From: an uncultured Alphaproteobacteria bacterium
Lineage (GTDB): Bacteria > Pseudomonadota > Alphaproteobacteria > Rhizobiales > Beijerinckiaceae
Length of the DNA: 64,000 bases
Direction of reading: 5' to 3'
NCBI GenBank assembly: GCA_963812775.1
Contig: CAWEWH010000008.1
Location: 60,468-124,467, forward strand
The notes below the pieces were generated by a model that was not told the DNA's origin, ran no database searches, and worked only from the letters and a program-made list of their open reading frames with translations. Within the stretch, counting starts at the first letter, position 1, and the number at the start of each line of letters is the position of its first letter. Below, one piece after another: positions 41,201 to 52,182 of this stretch. The position numbers were made by a program, and so were the translations under genes.

Positions 41201-41776
41201 TCGTGAGAACCCGAAGCCTGGGAGCGGTGCGGCCCGAATTCAGGAAGGGCCCACGCGGGAGGTCCGAGCGGCGGGCGCCAACGGCGCGAGCGCTCAGAAG
41301 AACGTAGTCATTTCAGGAGCCGCCGGGCCAAGCGCCCAGACCTCCCGCGCACGGTGTTTTGTGGCCAGTACGCTTGACGAGATCGCGCGTTGCCTCCCGC
41401 AACCGTCCACGGCGTTGACGTGCCGCTTCTCCCGGCAGAGGGCCGGGTCGATCCGTAAAGCGCCTTAGCCGCCCCGTCTCCCGTCTGCGAACGGGCGTTG
41501 GAGCCACCGCCCAACCCGCACTGGCGTGTCCCTCGCGGGCCACCAGCACTGGCCATTGAGACATCGCCCACGCGTCACCGCGGGTCCTGCCTCGCCGTCG
41601 TCACCCACACCTGGCTCGCAAGGCCTTGCGCGCCCTTCCGGGGACGTGGTGATCTCAACATAGCCTGAGAGGCAACCTGAGTCAAGCTTTGTTTCTCCAG
41701 CAGAGACATAATTCTCCGGGCGCCATGGCGGGGCTGCCCCCGGCCATCCACGCTGGCGGGGCGCCGTCGCCAGAAG

Positions 41777-42409
41777 CTACCGCCCGAAAATGCCCTTGAA
41801 GAACTGGGCCACGGAATTGCGCTTCTTCTTGCGCGCCAGCTCGGCGGCGTCCTTCACCCAGGCAATCTGCACCACCTTGCGCTCGCCGGTGAACGGCCGG
41901 TGGCCGTGCCAGGATTTGTCGGAGCGCAGGAAGCCGAACACCGTGCCCATGGTGGGCGGCACTTCCATCGCGTAGGGCTCGAAGTGATCCTCGTCGTAGA
42001 GCACGCGCAGGCGGCCGCCGTCGTCCTTGCTCCAGTCGTCGTTCATGTAGACCAGCATGGTCATGACCTTGGACGGCCCGTCGGTGTGGATGGCGCCGTA
42101 CTTGGTCTGCGAGCGCTTCATGATGGTGGTGAGGCGCGGATAAGGGTGCAGGTCCTTGCCGAACTTCTTCGACAATTCCTCGGTCAGCTCCTCGCCTTCG
42201 AGTTCCTCGATGAGCGTCTTGAAGCGACCCTTGAGATCGACCTCGTCGACCGTGAGGTAGCCGGGCTTGGCGATACTCGGAAAATCGCGCTTCAAATCTT
42301 CGATAGCGTCCCTTCTGAGAAAGCCGCTGCCGAGGAAGAAATCATAGGGCTCCCGCGACAAGGCGGCGCCGCGGATGGCCTGCGGTTCGAGGAGCGTGAG
42401 CGCCATCAT
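41777..42409 (-). CDS. 2OG-Fe(II) oxygenase superfamily protein
   Basis: 210 aa from MMALTLLEP with an AAGGAG Shine-Dalgarno. It has an HTD...HGH facial triad (HTDGPSKV ... SWHGHRPF). Confidence 0.65.
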   Translation of the reverse strand: MMALTLLEPQAIRGAALSREPYDFFLGSGFLRRDAIEDLKRDFPSIAKPGYLTVDEVDLKGRFKTLIEELEGEELTEELSKKFGKDLHPYPRLTTIMKRSQTKYGAIHTDGPSKVMTMLVYMNDDWSKDDGGRLRVLYDEDHFEPYAMEVPPTMGTVFGFLRSDKSWHGHRPFTGERKVVQIAWVKDAAELARKKKRNSVAQFFKGIFGR

Positions 42410-42611
42410 TATCTCCTTGATCGGCCGGCATATAGCGCCGCCCGGGAGGGCGAAACAAGGGTGGTCAAGGGCGGCCTTTTCGGGCAGAAGTCGCCAAGAT
42501 GTCGCCAAGATGCCGCCACGACGGCCATGACATGACGGCCATTGACATGACGCCGGCTCGCATCGACAGCCTCGGGCTGGCGTAAGCGCGGCAGAACCCA
42601 CGGAGACCCAG

Positions 42612-44726
42612 GTGAAAGAACGCAGCGGAATCTTGACACTGGCGCTCGTCGTTGCCGCCTTTTCGATTGTCGCTCTTCTTGTCTCCGCCTTCGCCGCGAA
42701 ATCCCTGCCGCTCTACGTGTCGGTGAGCGGCCTCGCTCTGGCCGGCATCCTCTATGCCGCGCGCGGCATCTCGCCCTATGTGCGCGTCTTCATCATCATG
42801 TACGCGTTCGGTTACCTCGGAATGGGGACCCTGGGGCTGCTCTCGGCGCTGGGCTGGCTGCCGGCCATCGTCGAGGCGATGCGACCGCCGGATTTCTCCG
42901 CCACGGCGGCGGCGGTCTTCGCCGCGATCGTCTACGGCGTCTCGTTCCTGCCGGTCATTCGCCGCATCACCGATATGGCCGATCCCTACTATCAATCCGA
43001 CGAGCCGGCGACGCGCGCCACGGGCGCCTTCAAGTGGATGGGCAACACTGAAGGGCAGATCGGCCAACGTCTCGTCGCCCTGTCGATCTTCATCAGCTTT
43101 GCCCAGGTGGCGATGAACATCAGGGTCAATCTCTGGTACCGCGACCTGTTCAACGCGCTCCAAGACAAGAACGCCGACGCCTTCTGGTATCAGCTCCTCG
43201 GCGTCTTCGTGCCCCTCGCCACGGTGTGGATCATCATTGGCGTCTATGACGTGTTCGTCGATTATTCGCTGTGGATCCGCTGGCGCGCCTGGCTGACCAA
43301 GAAGACGTATGGGCGCTGGCTCGGCCACGGCACGCACTATCGCGTTTCGCTGGCCGGCGACGGCACCGACAATCCCGACCAGCGCATCCAATACGACATC
43401 AATCAATTCGTGCAGCAGACGATGAGTTTCTCGATCCGCCTCATGTCTCAGGCGGCGACGCTGGTGTCGTTCATCGTCATCCTGTGGGGGCTGTCACGCG
43501 ACTTCATCATCCCGGGCACGGATTCCGTCATTCCCGGGCTGCTTGTCTGGATGGTCATCGCCTGGGCGCTCATGGGTACCTGGCTGACGCACCTCATCGG
43601 CCGCAAGCTCATCGCCCTCGATTTTCATCAGGAGCAAGTCGAGGCCGATTTCCGTTTCTCGCTGGCGCGCTTGCGCGAATATACCGAGCAGGTGGCGCTG
43701 CTGCGCGGCGAGCGGGCGGAGGAGGCGCGGCTCGGCCACAGCTTCAGCGCCATCATCGCCAACTTCCTGCAGATCATCAACCGACGCATGAAGATCACCG
43801 CCTTCACGGGCGGCTACAACCAGTCCAGCGTCGTCTTCCCCTACATCCTGGCCGCGCCCTCGTTCTTCCTCGGCAAGATCACCCTCGGCGTGTTCCAGCA
43901 GACGGCGTCGGCCTTCAATCGGGTTGACACGGCGCTGTCGTTCTTCGTCAACGCCTACACGTCGCTCGCCGCCTACAAGGCGACGACCGAGCGCCTCGCC
44001 ACGTTCAACGAGTCGATGCGGCGCGCCGAAAGCCTCGCCGGCGGCGGGGCGGGCGTGGCCATCAAGGATCACCGCGCCGGCGACGTGGTCATCGAGAACC
44101 TGAAGCTCGCCGTGCCCGACGGCCGCACCATCGTGCGGGCCGACGAACTCATCTTGCGCGGCGGCGAGAGCGCCCTGCTGACCGGCCCGTCTGGCTCGGG
44201 CAAGTCGACGCTGTTCCGGGCGCTTGCCGGCATCTGGCCGTATGCGTCGGGTGACGTGCGGGTGCCGGGCGGCAAGGACGTGATGCTGGTCCCGCAGCGG
44301 CCCTATCTGCCGACAGGGTCGCTGCGCACGGCGCTCGCCTATCCCGGCGTCGAGATGCAATATCCCGACGCGGAGATCCGTGGCGCGCTCGATGCGGTCG
44401 GCCTTGGCCAGCTCGCCGACAGCCTCGACGTCCACGACAATTGGGGACAGCGGCTGTCGGGCGGCGAGCAGCAGCGCGTCGCCATCGTGCGCGCGCTTCT
44501 CGCCAAGCCCGAATGGCTGTTCCTCGATGAATCCACCGCCTCCCTCGACGACGAGATGGAGGAGCAGGTCTACGCCACGCTGCGCCAGCGCTTGCCGGGC
44601 ACCACCATCGTGTCCATCGGTCACCGCGCGACCCTGAAGCGGCTGCATCAGCGGCGCATCGAGATGCGGCCGTCGGCCGACGGCACCTTCGCGCCGGCCG
44701 ACGCCAAGCAGGCGGTGCCGGCCTAG
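42612..44726 (+). CDS. ABC transporter permease/ATPase fusion of the SbmA/BacA-like (YddA / Rv1819c-type) family
   Basis: N-terminal SbmA_BacA-type membrane domain (NIRVNLWYRDLFNALQDKN...) and a C-terminal nucleotide-binding domain (Walker A GPSGSGKST, signature LSGGEQQRV). Confidence 0.8.
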   Translation: MKERSGILTLALVVAAFSIVALLVSAFAAKSLPLYVSVSGLALAGILYAARGISPYVRVFIIMYAFGYLGMGTLGLLSALGWLPAIVEAMRPPDFSATAAAVFAAIVYGVSFLPVIRRITDMADPYYQSDEPATRATGAFKWMGNTEGQIGQRLVALSIFISFAQVAMNIRVNLWYRDLFNALQDKNADAFWYQLLGVFVPLATVWIIIGVYDVFVDYSLWIRWRAWLTKKTYGRWLGHGTHYRVSLAGDGTDNPDQRIQYDINQFVQQTMSFSIRLMSQAATLVSFIVILWGLSRDFIIPGTDSVIPGLLVWMVIAWALMGTWLTHLIGRKLIALDFHQEQVEADFRFSLARLREYTEQVALLRGERAEEARLGHSFSAIIANFLQIINRRMKITAFTGGYNQSSVVFPYILAAPSFFLGKITLGVFQQTASAFNRVDTALSFFVNAYTSLAAYKATTERLATFNESMRRAESLAGGGAGVAIKDHRAGDVVIENLKLAVPDGRTIVRADELILRGGESALLTGPSGSGKSTLFRALAGIWPYASGDVRVPGGKDVMLVPQRPYLPTGSLRTALAYPGVEMQYPDAEIRGALDAVGLGQLADSLDVHDNWGQRLSGGEQQRVAIVRALLAKPEWLFLDESTASLDDEMEEQVYATLRQRLPGTTIVSIGHRATLKRLHQRRIEMRPSADGTFAPADAKQAVPA

Positions 44727-44864
44727 CGGAAAGAGGACTACAGGTAACGACAGCATTCGCGGTCCGCCGTCGTCCGCTACCCCGTCTGCTGGCTCGAGCT
44801 CGGAACCATGCTGTGGCGGCTCAACGGCAGTGCGGTGAGGCCGCAGCGTCAGGGATGAACCCCT

Positions 44865-47000
44865 ATGAAATATCTCAGCTTGGCCGTCGGCCTGTTCGCT
44901 GTCCTCGCCCTCGTGTTCGGGGTGTACGGCGAGGACGGATTCGTCATCGCCCTCGGCGTCGCTGCCGCCATCTGCGCGGCCACGACCTATCTGTCGCAGG
45001 CCATGTCGAGCTTCCTCAAAATCTTTGCGGCCATTTTCGCCGTCGAGACGGTGCTGTTCGGTGCCGCCTTTCTTCTGGGCAAGACCCCGTACTGGCCGGA
45101 AGGCTACGACGCCTATCTGATCCCCGAGTCGCTGCCCCTGACCATCGCCCTGTTCGGCATCCTGGTCTACGCCGTCTCCCACATTCCGGTCATCAAGGCG
45201 ATGACGCGCATCGCCGACCTTTACTACGACAGCGACGAGATCGGTCGTGCGCGGCTTCTTCCCGGCTTCGAGTTCCAGGCCCTGGAGCGGCGCATCGCCG
45301 CCGCCATGGTGGTGTTCGTGGTGCTCGTGAACCAGGCGCAGGTGGCGATCAACGTCCGGCTCTCCTTCTTCAACCGCGACTGGTTCAACGCCATCCAGGA
45401 CAAGCGCCAGGACGATTTCTGGCAATTGCTGATCTGGGTCTTCACCCCCTTGGCCTTCATCTATGTGGCGAGCGCTGTCGTCGAGTTCGTCGTCCAGTCG
45501 ATGCTCGTCATCCGCTGGCGCCGCTGGCTCACCGACTACTATGTGACACGCTGGCAGTCGGCAGGTGTGCACTATCGCATGGGACTGGCCGACGGCGGCG
45601 CCGACAATCCGGACCAGCGCATCGCCGAGGACGTGAACCGTTTCATCGCCGGCGGCACCTCGTCGGCCGCTTCCGGCTACGGCATCTACTCATATTCGAT
45701 CCTGCTCATCTCGACCCTGAGCTCGCTCGTGTCGTTCTCGATCATCCTGTGGACGCTGTCGGGCAACTACGAGGTGCCGTTCATCAACAGGCCGGTTCCC
45801 GGATTCCTGTTCTGGGTCGCGCTCGTCTATGCGGTCATCGGCACGCTCGTCACCCATCTGATCGGCCGGCCGCTGGTGCGTCTCTATTTCGCGCGCCAGC
45901 GCTACGAAGCCGACTTCCGCTTCTCGCTGGTGCGGCTCAGGGAATATGCCGAGCAGATCGCGCTGATGCGCGGCGAGCCGACCGAGCGCGCCACTTTGCG
46001 CCAGCGTTTCGGCGGCGTGATCCGCAACTATGTCGACATCGTGCGGCGGCGGAAATGGCTGCTGTTCTTCACCAACATATACGGGCAGATCAGTCCGATT
46101 ATTCCCTACGTGTTCACGGCGCCGTTCTACTTCGCCGACAAGATCCAGCTCGGCGTCATGACGCAAACGGCGAGCGCCTTCGCGCGCGTCGACGAGTCGC
46201 TGAACTTCTTCGTCACTTATTACGTCGAGCTGGCCGACTTCAAATCCGTGCTCGACCGGCTCACGTCGTTCGACAATGCCATCGAGCGGGGCAGGGCGCT
46301 TGGCGCCACGCCGCCGCGCATCGACATCGCCGAGCTGAAGGATGACAACCTGCATATCGAGGACCTCGATCTGAGGCTGCCGCAGGGAACGAGCATCGTC
46401 ACCATTCCCTCGCTCACCCTGCGGCCCGGCGAGACCACCTTGGTGACCGGTCCATCGGGCTCGGGCAAATCGACGCTGTTTCGCGCGCTCGCCGGCATCT
46501 GGCCGTTCGGCGAGGGCCGTGTCACGACGCCGGCCGGCAAGAGCCTCATGCTCCTGCCGCAGCGGCCATACATTCCCGTCGGCACGCTGCGCGGGGCCAT
46601 CGCCTATCCGTCGGAGCCGAGCACCTATGACGACGGCGCCGTCACGCAGGCGTTGATCGCCGCGCGCCTGCCGCAGCTGATTGGCCGGCTCGACGAGGAG
46701 GCGCAATGGGCCCAGATGCTGTCCCTCGGCGAGCAGCAACGCGTCGCCATTGCGCGCGCGCTCCTCGCCAAGCCCGATTGGCTGTTCCTCGACGAGGCGA
46801 CGGCGGCCCTCGACGAGGATCTGGAGGAGGATGTCTACAAGCTCTTGGCCGAGCGCCTGCCCAAGACGACGATCGTCTCCATCGGCCACCGATCGACGCT
46901 GCGCGCCTTCCACACGCGGCGCATCGAGATGCGTCCGGAGCCGGGCGGCGGCTTTTCGCCGACCGATGCGCGCGGGACGGTCTGCCGGCGTGTACGGGAC
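44865..47000 (+). CDS. second SbmA/BacA-like ABC permease/ATPase fusion (tandem paralog). The 3' end is unresolved because no in-frame stop is found until 47690
   Basis: It is collinear with the upstream paralog (SFFNRDWFNAIQDKR..., GPSGSGKST, LSLGEQQRV). By homology the protein should end shortly after ...RRIEMRPEPGGGF; the stop has probably been lost to an indel. Confidence 0.7.
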
Positions 47001-47003
47001 CGG

Positions 47004-47584
47004 CTAGATCGACCGGTCGAACACGATCTCGCCGTTCGGGCCTTTGAACACCAGGCGGCCGGCCACGAGGTCCCATTTCTGCGCCGTGCGCAGCGCCGTC
47101 AGGAACGCCGTCTCGGTGTCCATCAGCTCCTTGGCGCAGCTGCGCTTGGTGAAGGTGATCGGCCCGACCACGATGCCCTGCTGCTTCAGCGGGTAGGCGA
47201 CCGCCGTGTAGGCGTTGCAGCCGCCGAAGCCACGGGCGCGGAACTGCTTGTCGAGGGTGAAGCCTGGTTTCTCGGCGCTGGTGAACGGCTTGCCGTTGAG
47301 GCTGACGGCCACATAGGTATTGCCGAGCGGGAACTGCTTGTCATCTTTCTTGGAAGGCGGCGGGGTGGAATCTCGGGGCCCTTGTTCTCCTGTTCCTTGG
47401 GGAAACCCTTCTGCGCATCGGCCGGCAGCGCCAGCGCGACGGCCAGGAGAGCCGGCAAGACAGAGATGAGAATTCGGCTCGCGATCATGGCAAGTGCCTC
47501 TACCCACGGCACTCTACGAAATGAGGCCCCCGTCCGGCAACGGTGCGATAGGCCGCGAGCGTGGCAATTCGGGGGCGGGGGCAT
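47004..47584 (-). pseudogene. META-domain (HslJ-like) secreted protein, frameshifted in a C-run near 47370-47400
   Basis: The signal peptide MIASRILISVLPALLAVALALPADAQ is in ORF 47186..47584. The META domain (FPLGNTYVAVSLNGKPF...RLVFKGPNGEIVFDRS) is in ORF 47004..47507, shifted by one base. Confidence 0.55.
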
Positions 47585-47623
47585 TGCGGCGTCGTGCCTG
47601 CGCTTGTCGACGCAACACCGGCT

Positions 47624-48628
47624 CTATCGGGAATTTCCCAGCCGTCGGAACAGCCGCTCGCTCAACGCATCGTTGCGGCGGAACGCATAATCGAGCTGGC
47701 GCACGCTGACCCCCTCGGCGCCGGCTCCCGTCAGCGCCTCCACGAGGCCGAACACGCCCTCGAGCGGGCAGATCAGCGCCACAGCGCCGTCCGCAGCCGG
47801 CGCACCCGGCGAGGGGCGGGCGGCGAATTTTGCCGCAAGTGCCCCAACTTGATTTGCCCCGAGATTCGGCGCCCGCGCCGTGACCTCGCGGGTGGTGCGC
47901 GCCTCTTCCTCGGCCGCGATGCGTGCCAGGATGGCGGCCGCGGCCTGCCGGGCGGTGTCGCTCCAGCAGGCCTTCAGGGAGGCCACGAGATTGGCCTGCG
48001 ACTTCAGGATGGTGCCGTCGTCCAGCACCTTGAGGCCGTTGGCCGCCAGCGTCGCCCCGGTGGTGGTGATGTCGACGATGATCTCGGCCGCGCCGGTGGC
48101 GGGCGCGCCTTCCGTCGCCCCGAGGCTTTCGACGATGCGATAATCGGCAAGCCCGTGCTGGGCGAAGAAGCGCCGCGTCAGGTTCACGTATTTGGTGGCG
48201 ACCCGCATCTTGGTGCCGTGGCGGGCGCGCATGTCGGCCGCCACCTCGTCGAGATCGTCCATCGTTCTCACATCGATCCAGGCCTGCGGCACGGCGACCA
48301 CGACGTTGGCCTGGCCGAAGCCGAGCGGCGTCAGGAGCTCGACACTCGTCTCGGCGGCGGCGATCTTCTCGCGCACCAGGTCCTCGCCGGTGACGCCGAT
48401 ATGCACCGAGCCCGTCGCCAATTGCCCGACGATCTCGGCGGCCGACACGAACAGCACCTCGACGCCCTCGAGGCCGGCGACCGCGCCGCGATAGTCGCGG
48501 GCGCCGCCCGGCTGCACGAGGTCGAGGCCGGCGCGGGCGAAGAAATGCGCCGCGTTCTCCTGCAGCCGCCCTTTTGACGGCACGGCAAGGACGAGCTTGG
48601 CGCCACCGCCGTTGCTGGACATGCTCAT
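47624..48628 (-). CDS. hisG: ATP phosphoribosyltransferase (extended ~330-aa form)
   Basis: [13 protein letters not shown]...[13 protein letters not shown]...[11 protein letters not shown] is the HisG catalytic core. Confidence 0.85.
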   Translation of the reverse strand: MSMSSNGGGAKLVLAVPSKGRLQENAAHFFARAGLDLVQPGGARDYRGAVAGLEGVEVLFVSAAEIVGQLATGSVHIGVTGEDLVREKIAAAETSVELLTPLGFGQANVVVAVPQAWIDVRTMDDLDEVAADMRARHGTKMRVATKYVNLTRRFFAQHGLADYRIVESLGATEGAPATGAAEIIVDITTTGATLAANGLKVLDDGTILKSQANLVASLKACWSDTARQAAAAILARIAAEEEARTTREVTARAPNLGANQVGALAAKFAARPSPGAPAADGAVALICPLEGVFGLVEALTGAGAEGVSVRQLDYAFRRNDALSERLFRRLGNSR

Positions 48629-49744
48629 GCGCTGCCCTCGAAGCGCTCGAGCCACAGCGAGCAGCCGACCGCCGGGACCGGCCGCGACGCGCCGAGGCGG
48701 GCGATAAGGCCGTCATAGCGGCCGCCGCCGGCAACGGCCCGCTCGTCGGCTGTCGGCGGTCGGTGCATCTCGAAGATGAAGCCGGTATAGTAGTCGAGAT
48801 TGCGCGCGAAGCTCGCCGAGAAGTCGAGCTCGCCGACATTGATGTCGCGTGCCGCCATGAAGCCGGTGCGCGCCTCGAAGGCATCGACCACCTGGTCGAG
48901 ATCGAGCTTGGCTTCCGTTGCGAGACCGCGCACGGCCAGCGCCACGGTGTCGGGGTCGCCGTTGATGGCGAGATAGCGTTCGAGCACGGCGCGCGCCTCG
49001 TCGCCGACCGCACCCGAGCGGCGCGCCGCGCGCTTCAGGAACCGCTCGGCGATCTCGCCGGCGGTGCGGCCGCCGACGCGGCTGATGCCCGCGATGGCGA
49101 GCACGTCCTCGACGAAGGCATGCGCCGCCTTCTCGTTCTTGCCGTCGATGGCGGCGAGCAGCCCGGCATAGTCGCCGCTGCGCGTCGGCCGGCGCCGGCG
49201 CGGGCGCGGCGTCGAATTTCGGCAGGCCCCTGCCGCGCACGATGCGGCGCGTGAGCCGGCGCTTGCGTCGGGGCGTCGAGGCCGAGCTGGTCGATGAGGC
49301 GATCGAGAATGCGCCATGTCGCCGATCGCGATCGACGGCGCGGTCAGGCCCATGAGCGCCGCCGCCTCGATGGCGAGCGACAGCACCTCGGCGTCGGCAG
49401 CGTCGGCGTCGATGCGGCCGATGGACTCGATGCCGGCCTGCGCGAACTCGCCGGTCTCGCCCGAGCGCAGCCGGAACACCGGTCCGGCGTAGCTGCAAGG
49501 CCGCGACGCGCTCCGACCTCGTGCGCGGGCGAGGTAATGGCGGCAGACCGGAATGGTGTATTCCGGCCGCAGGCACAGCTCCTGGCCGTCGGCCTCCTCG
49601 GTGATGAAGAGGCGCCGGCGGATGTCCTCGCCGGAGAGGTCGAGGAACACGTCGGCGGGCTGCAGCACGGGCGGCTCGAGCGCGCGCGTAGCCGTCGCGC
49701 GAAAAGAGCGCGATCAGGGGCTCCGTCATGTCGGTCGCGGCCAC
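48625..49744 (-). pseudogene. hisZ: ATP phosphoribosyltransferase regulatory subunit HisZ, split by at least two frameshifts
   Basis: The N-terminus (MAATDMTEPLIALFSRDGYA) is in one frame and the middle (LQPADVFLDLSGEDIRRRLF...RPEYTIPVCRHYLA) in another. A nonsense stretch follows, then ...FIFEMHRPP...[14 protein letters not shown]. Confidence 0.6.
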
Positions 49745-49850
49745 GATAAACTCCGTCGCCTCGTCGTCCTAACAGCCGTTGGTTCGGATTTTCGACGCTT
49801 TTGAGCCGCCACAGTGCATTGGGTGACACGTCAGCACGTGAACGGACTGC

Positions 49851-51464
49851 TCAGGGCCGCGCGGCGGGAGAAAAGGATTGGTTAAAGCTTGGCGTGCCGG
49901 GACAGCACTTTCCACACGGCGTCGAGGAGATGCTCCTCCGCCGACCGCGAACTGCGCCTCCGCCTGCTTCTGGCGGTGGTCGTCGCGGTCCTTGCCGCAG
50001 CGCCGCGAGCTCGGCCCCGAGGATGAGATCCTTAACGGTGACCTGATTCCTGGCCTTCTCGTCCGACCCCTGGATGACGGCGCAGACCGCGCCGCGCCGG
50101 TCGGCATATTTCATCTGCGCCCTGAAGCCGGACGTCGCCGAGATACATCTCGGCGCGGACCAGCGGGTTGCTGGCGGGGCCGCGCATGTCGCGCAGCTGC
50201 GTGACCATCTTCTGGTAGTCGCCGATGCGGCGCCGTTATCCATGACGGTGACGACGACGAGCGGCCGCAGCGTCTCGCCGCGTGACCAACGGCGAGCTCA
50301 CCGCCTTCAGCGCCGCGACGAGGCGCGACACGCCGATGGAGAAGCCGGTGGCCGGCACGTCCTCGCCGCGGAAGCGGCCGACGAGGCCGTCATAGCGCCC
50401 GCCGCCGCCGACCGAGCCGAAGCGCACCGGGCGGCCGTCGTCGTTCGTCACCGCGAAGGTGAGCTCGGCCTCGTAGACCGGGCCGGTGTAGTATTCGAGG
50501 CCGCGGACGACGGAGGGGTCGACTGACGACGCGGTCGCCGTAGCCGGCGGCCTGCGACCAGCGTCGCCGATCTCGCGCAGCTCGGCGCACGCCTTCGATC
50601 CGGTCGCAGAGCTGACGTCATCGCGCCAGCGTCGAAATTCGCGAGCGCCGTCCGCTCGAGCTCGCGCTGCACTTGTCGCGACGCTCTGTCCTCGACCCGA
50701 GCCGGTGAAATGCAGGACCCGAGTCGATAGCCTGACTCGGCCGCTCAGCCCCGCGCCCTTCGTGAAGTCGCCGCTTTCGTCCTTGCGGCCCTCGCCGAGC
50801 AGCAGCTCGCACGCCCTCGACCCGAGCCGGTCGAGCTTGTCGATCGCGCGCAGCACGGTCGAGCCGCTGGCCGGCCTTCTCCGCGCCCGCCAAGGCCGAT
50901 CGCCTCCATCACGCCGTCGAGCACTTTTCGGTTGTTGACCTTGATGACGTAGTCGCCGCGCTTGATGCCGAGCCGCTCCAAGCGTGTCGGCCGCCATCAT
51001 GCACATCTCGGCGTCGGCCGCGACGGAGGACGCGCCGACCGTGTCGGCGTCGAACTGCATGAACTGGCGGAAGCGGCCGGGGCCCGGCTTCTCGTTGCGG
51101 AACACGCAGCCGGCGCGATAGCTGCGATAGGGCTTGGGCAGCGGCGTCGAAATTCTCGGCGACGTAGCGGGCGAGCGGCGCGGTCAGGTCGTAGCGCAGC
51201 GACAGCCACTGCTCGTCGTCGTCCTGGAACGAGAACACGCCCTCGTCGGGGCGGTCCTGGTCGGGCAGGAACTTGCCGAGCGCGTCGGTGTATTCGACGA
51301 ACGGCGTCTCCACGCGCCTCGAAGCCGTAGCGCTCATAGGTGTCGCGGATGGCGACAAGCATGCGCTCGGTGGCCGCGATGTCCTCTGCCTCGCGGTCCA
51401 TGAAGCCGCGCGGCAGCCGCGCCTTGGGCTTGTTGGTCTTGTCCGGCTTCTGCTGTTGCGACAT
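49851..51464 (-). pseudogene. hisS: histidyl-tRNA synthetase, split by at least four frameshifts
   Basis: The fragments lie in three frames. The N-terminus is [50 protein letters not shown]. Motif 2 is [14 protein letters not shown]. Motif 3 is [14 protein letters not shown]...[13 protein letters not shown]. The anticodon-binding fragment is [34 protein letters not shown]. Confidence 0.6.
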
Positions 51465-51607
51465 GGCGCGGCATAGCAAGCCGGGCGCCAGAAGTCAGTA
51501 ATCAGCGATGAGAAAAGGTCGGAATTCCGCCGTCGGCTATGGGCGCGCGCCTGCGCTCGGAGGCCGGTCGGCCTCCGATTGCCGTCACGGCTCGCCGATT
51601 GCTGGAA

Positions 51608-51822
51608 TCAGATCAGCTGGATGTTGCCGGCGGCCTGCTTGCCGCGCTCGGTGACGATCTCGTACTTGATCTTCTGTCCCTCCCGCAGGGGCGGGATGCC
51701 GGCGCGCTCGAGCGCGCTGATATGGACGAAACGTCCTTCGAGCCGTCATCGGGCTGAATGAATCCATAGCCCTTTTGGGTGTTGAAGAACTTTACAGTGC
51801 CCTGCGCCACAATGGCCTCCAT
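51608..51822 (-). pseudogene. cspA: cold-shock protein CspA-family, with a 1-nt deletion in a T homopolymer
   Basis: VAQGTVKFFNTQKGYGFIQPDDGSKDV is followed by a frameshift. Reading 'gttttc' in place of 'gtttc' restores FVHISALERAGIPPLREGQKIKYEIVTERGKQAAGNIQLI*. Confidence 0.6.
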
Positions 51823-52182
51823 GAAGTGAGCAGGTGCGCCTCCCGCATCTGCTTCCGCCGTCAAATTGTCGGACGGCGGCCGACAATCGCAGTTTTTGGG
51901 GAGTGACTTGTAGCGCGGCCCCAAGAGGGAAGCGGCAGAGCAAGGCAGCCAAAAAACCTGATCGAGCAAAACCTGAAGCCGAACCGGTCGAATGTCAATA
52001 ATGTCGCAGGCACAAGGGTTGAGCAGCGCCGACCATGCTCGCAATCGGTTCAATTTGCTGCGAGTTTTCGGCGCTCTTCAAGGCCGCCTTCGGCGGGTGG
52101 CTACCCCCGGCAACGCGCCGGCGCAGCCCATGCCCGCAGGGCCAGGCGCTGGCCTTGCGTCAGTCCGGCGAGGCTGCCGGGT

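Noticed and set aside
43494-46913. 692-aa and 407-aa minus-strand ORFs
   Set aside because: Antisense to the two BacA-like ABC transporter genes, which have clear homology. These are spurious.
44865-47690. 941-aa reading of the second ABC transporter
   Set aside because: By homology with its neighbour, similarity ends near residue ~705. The remaining ~235 aa are read-through, antisense to the META gene and into the hisG upstream region.
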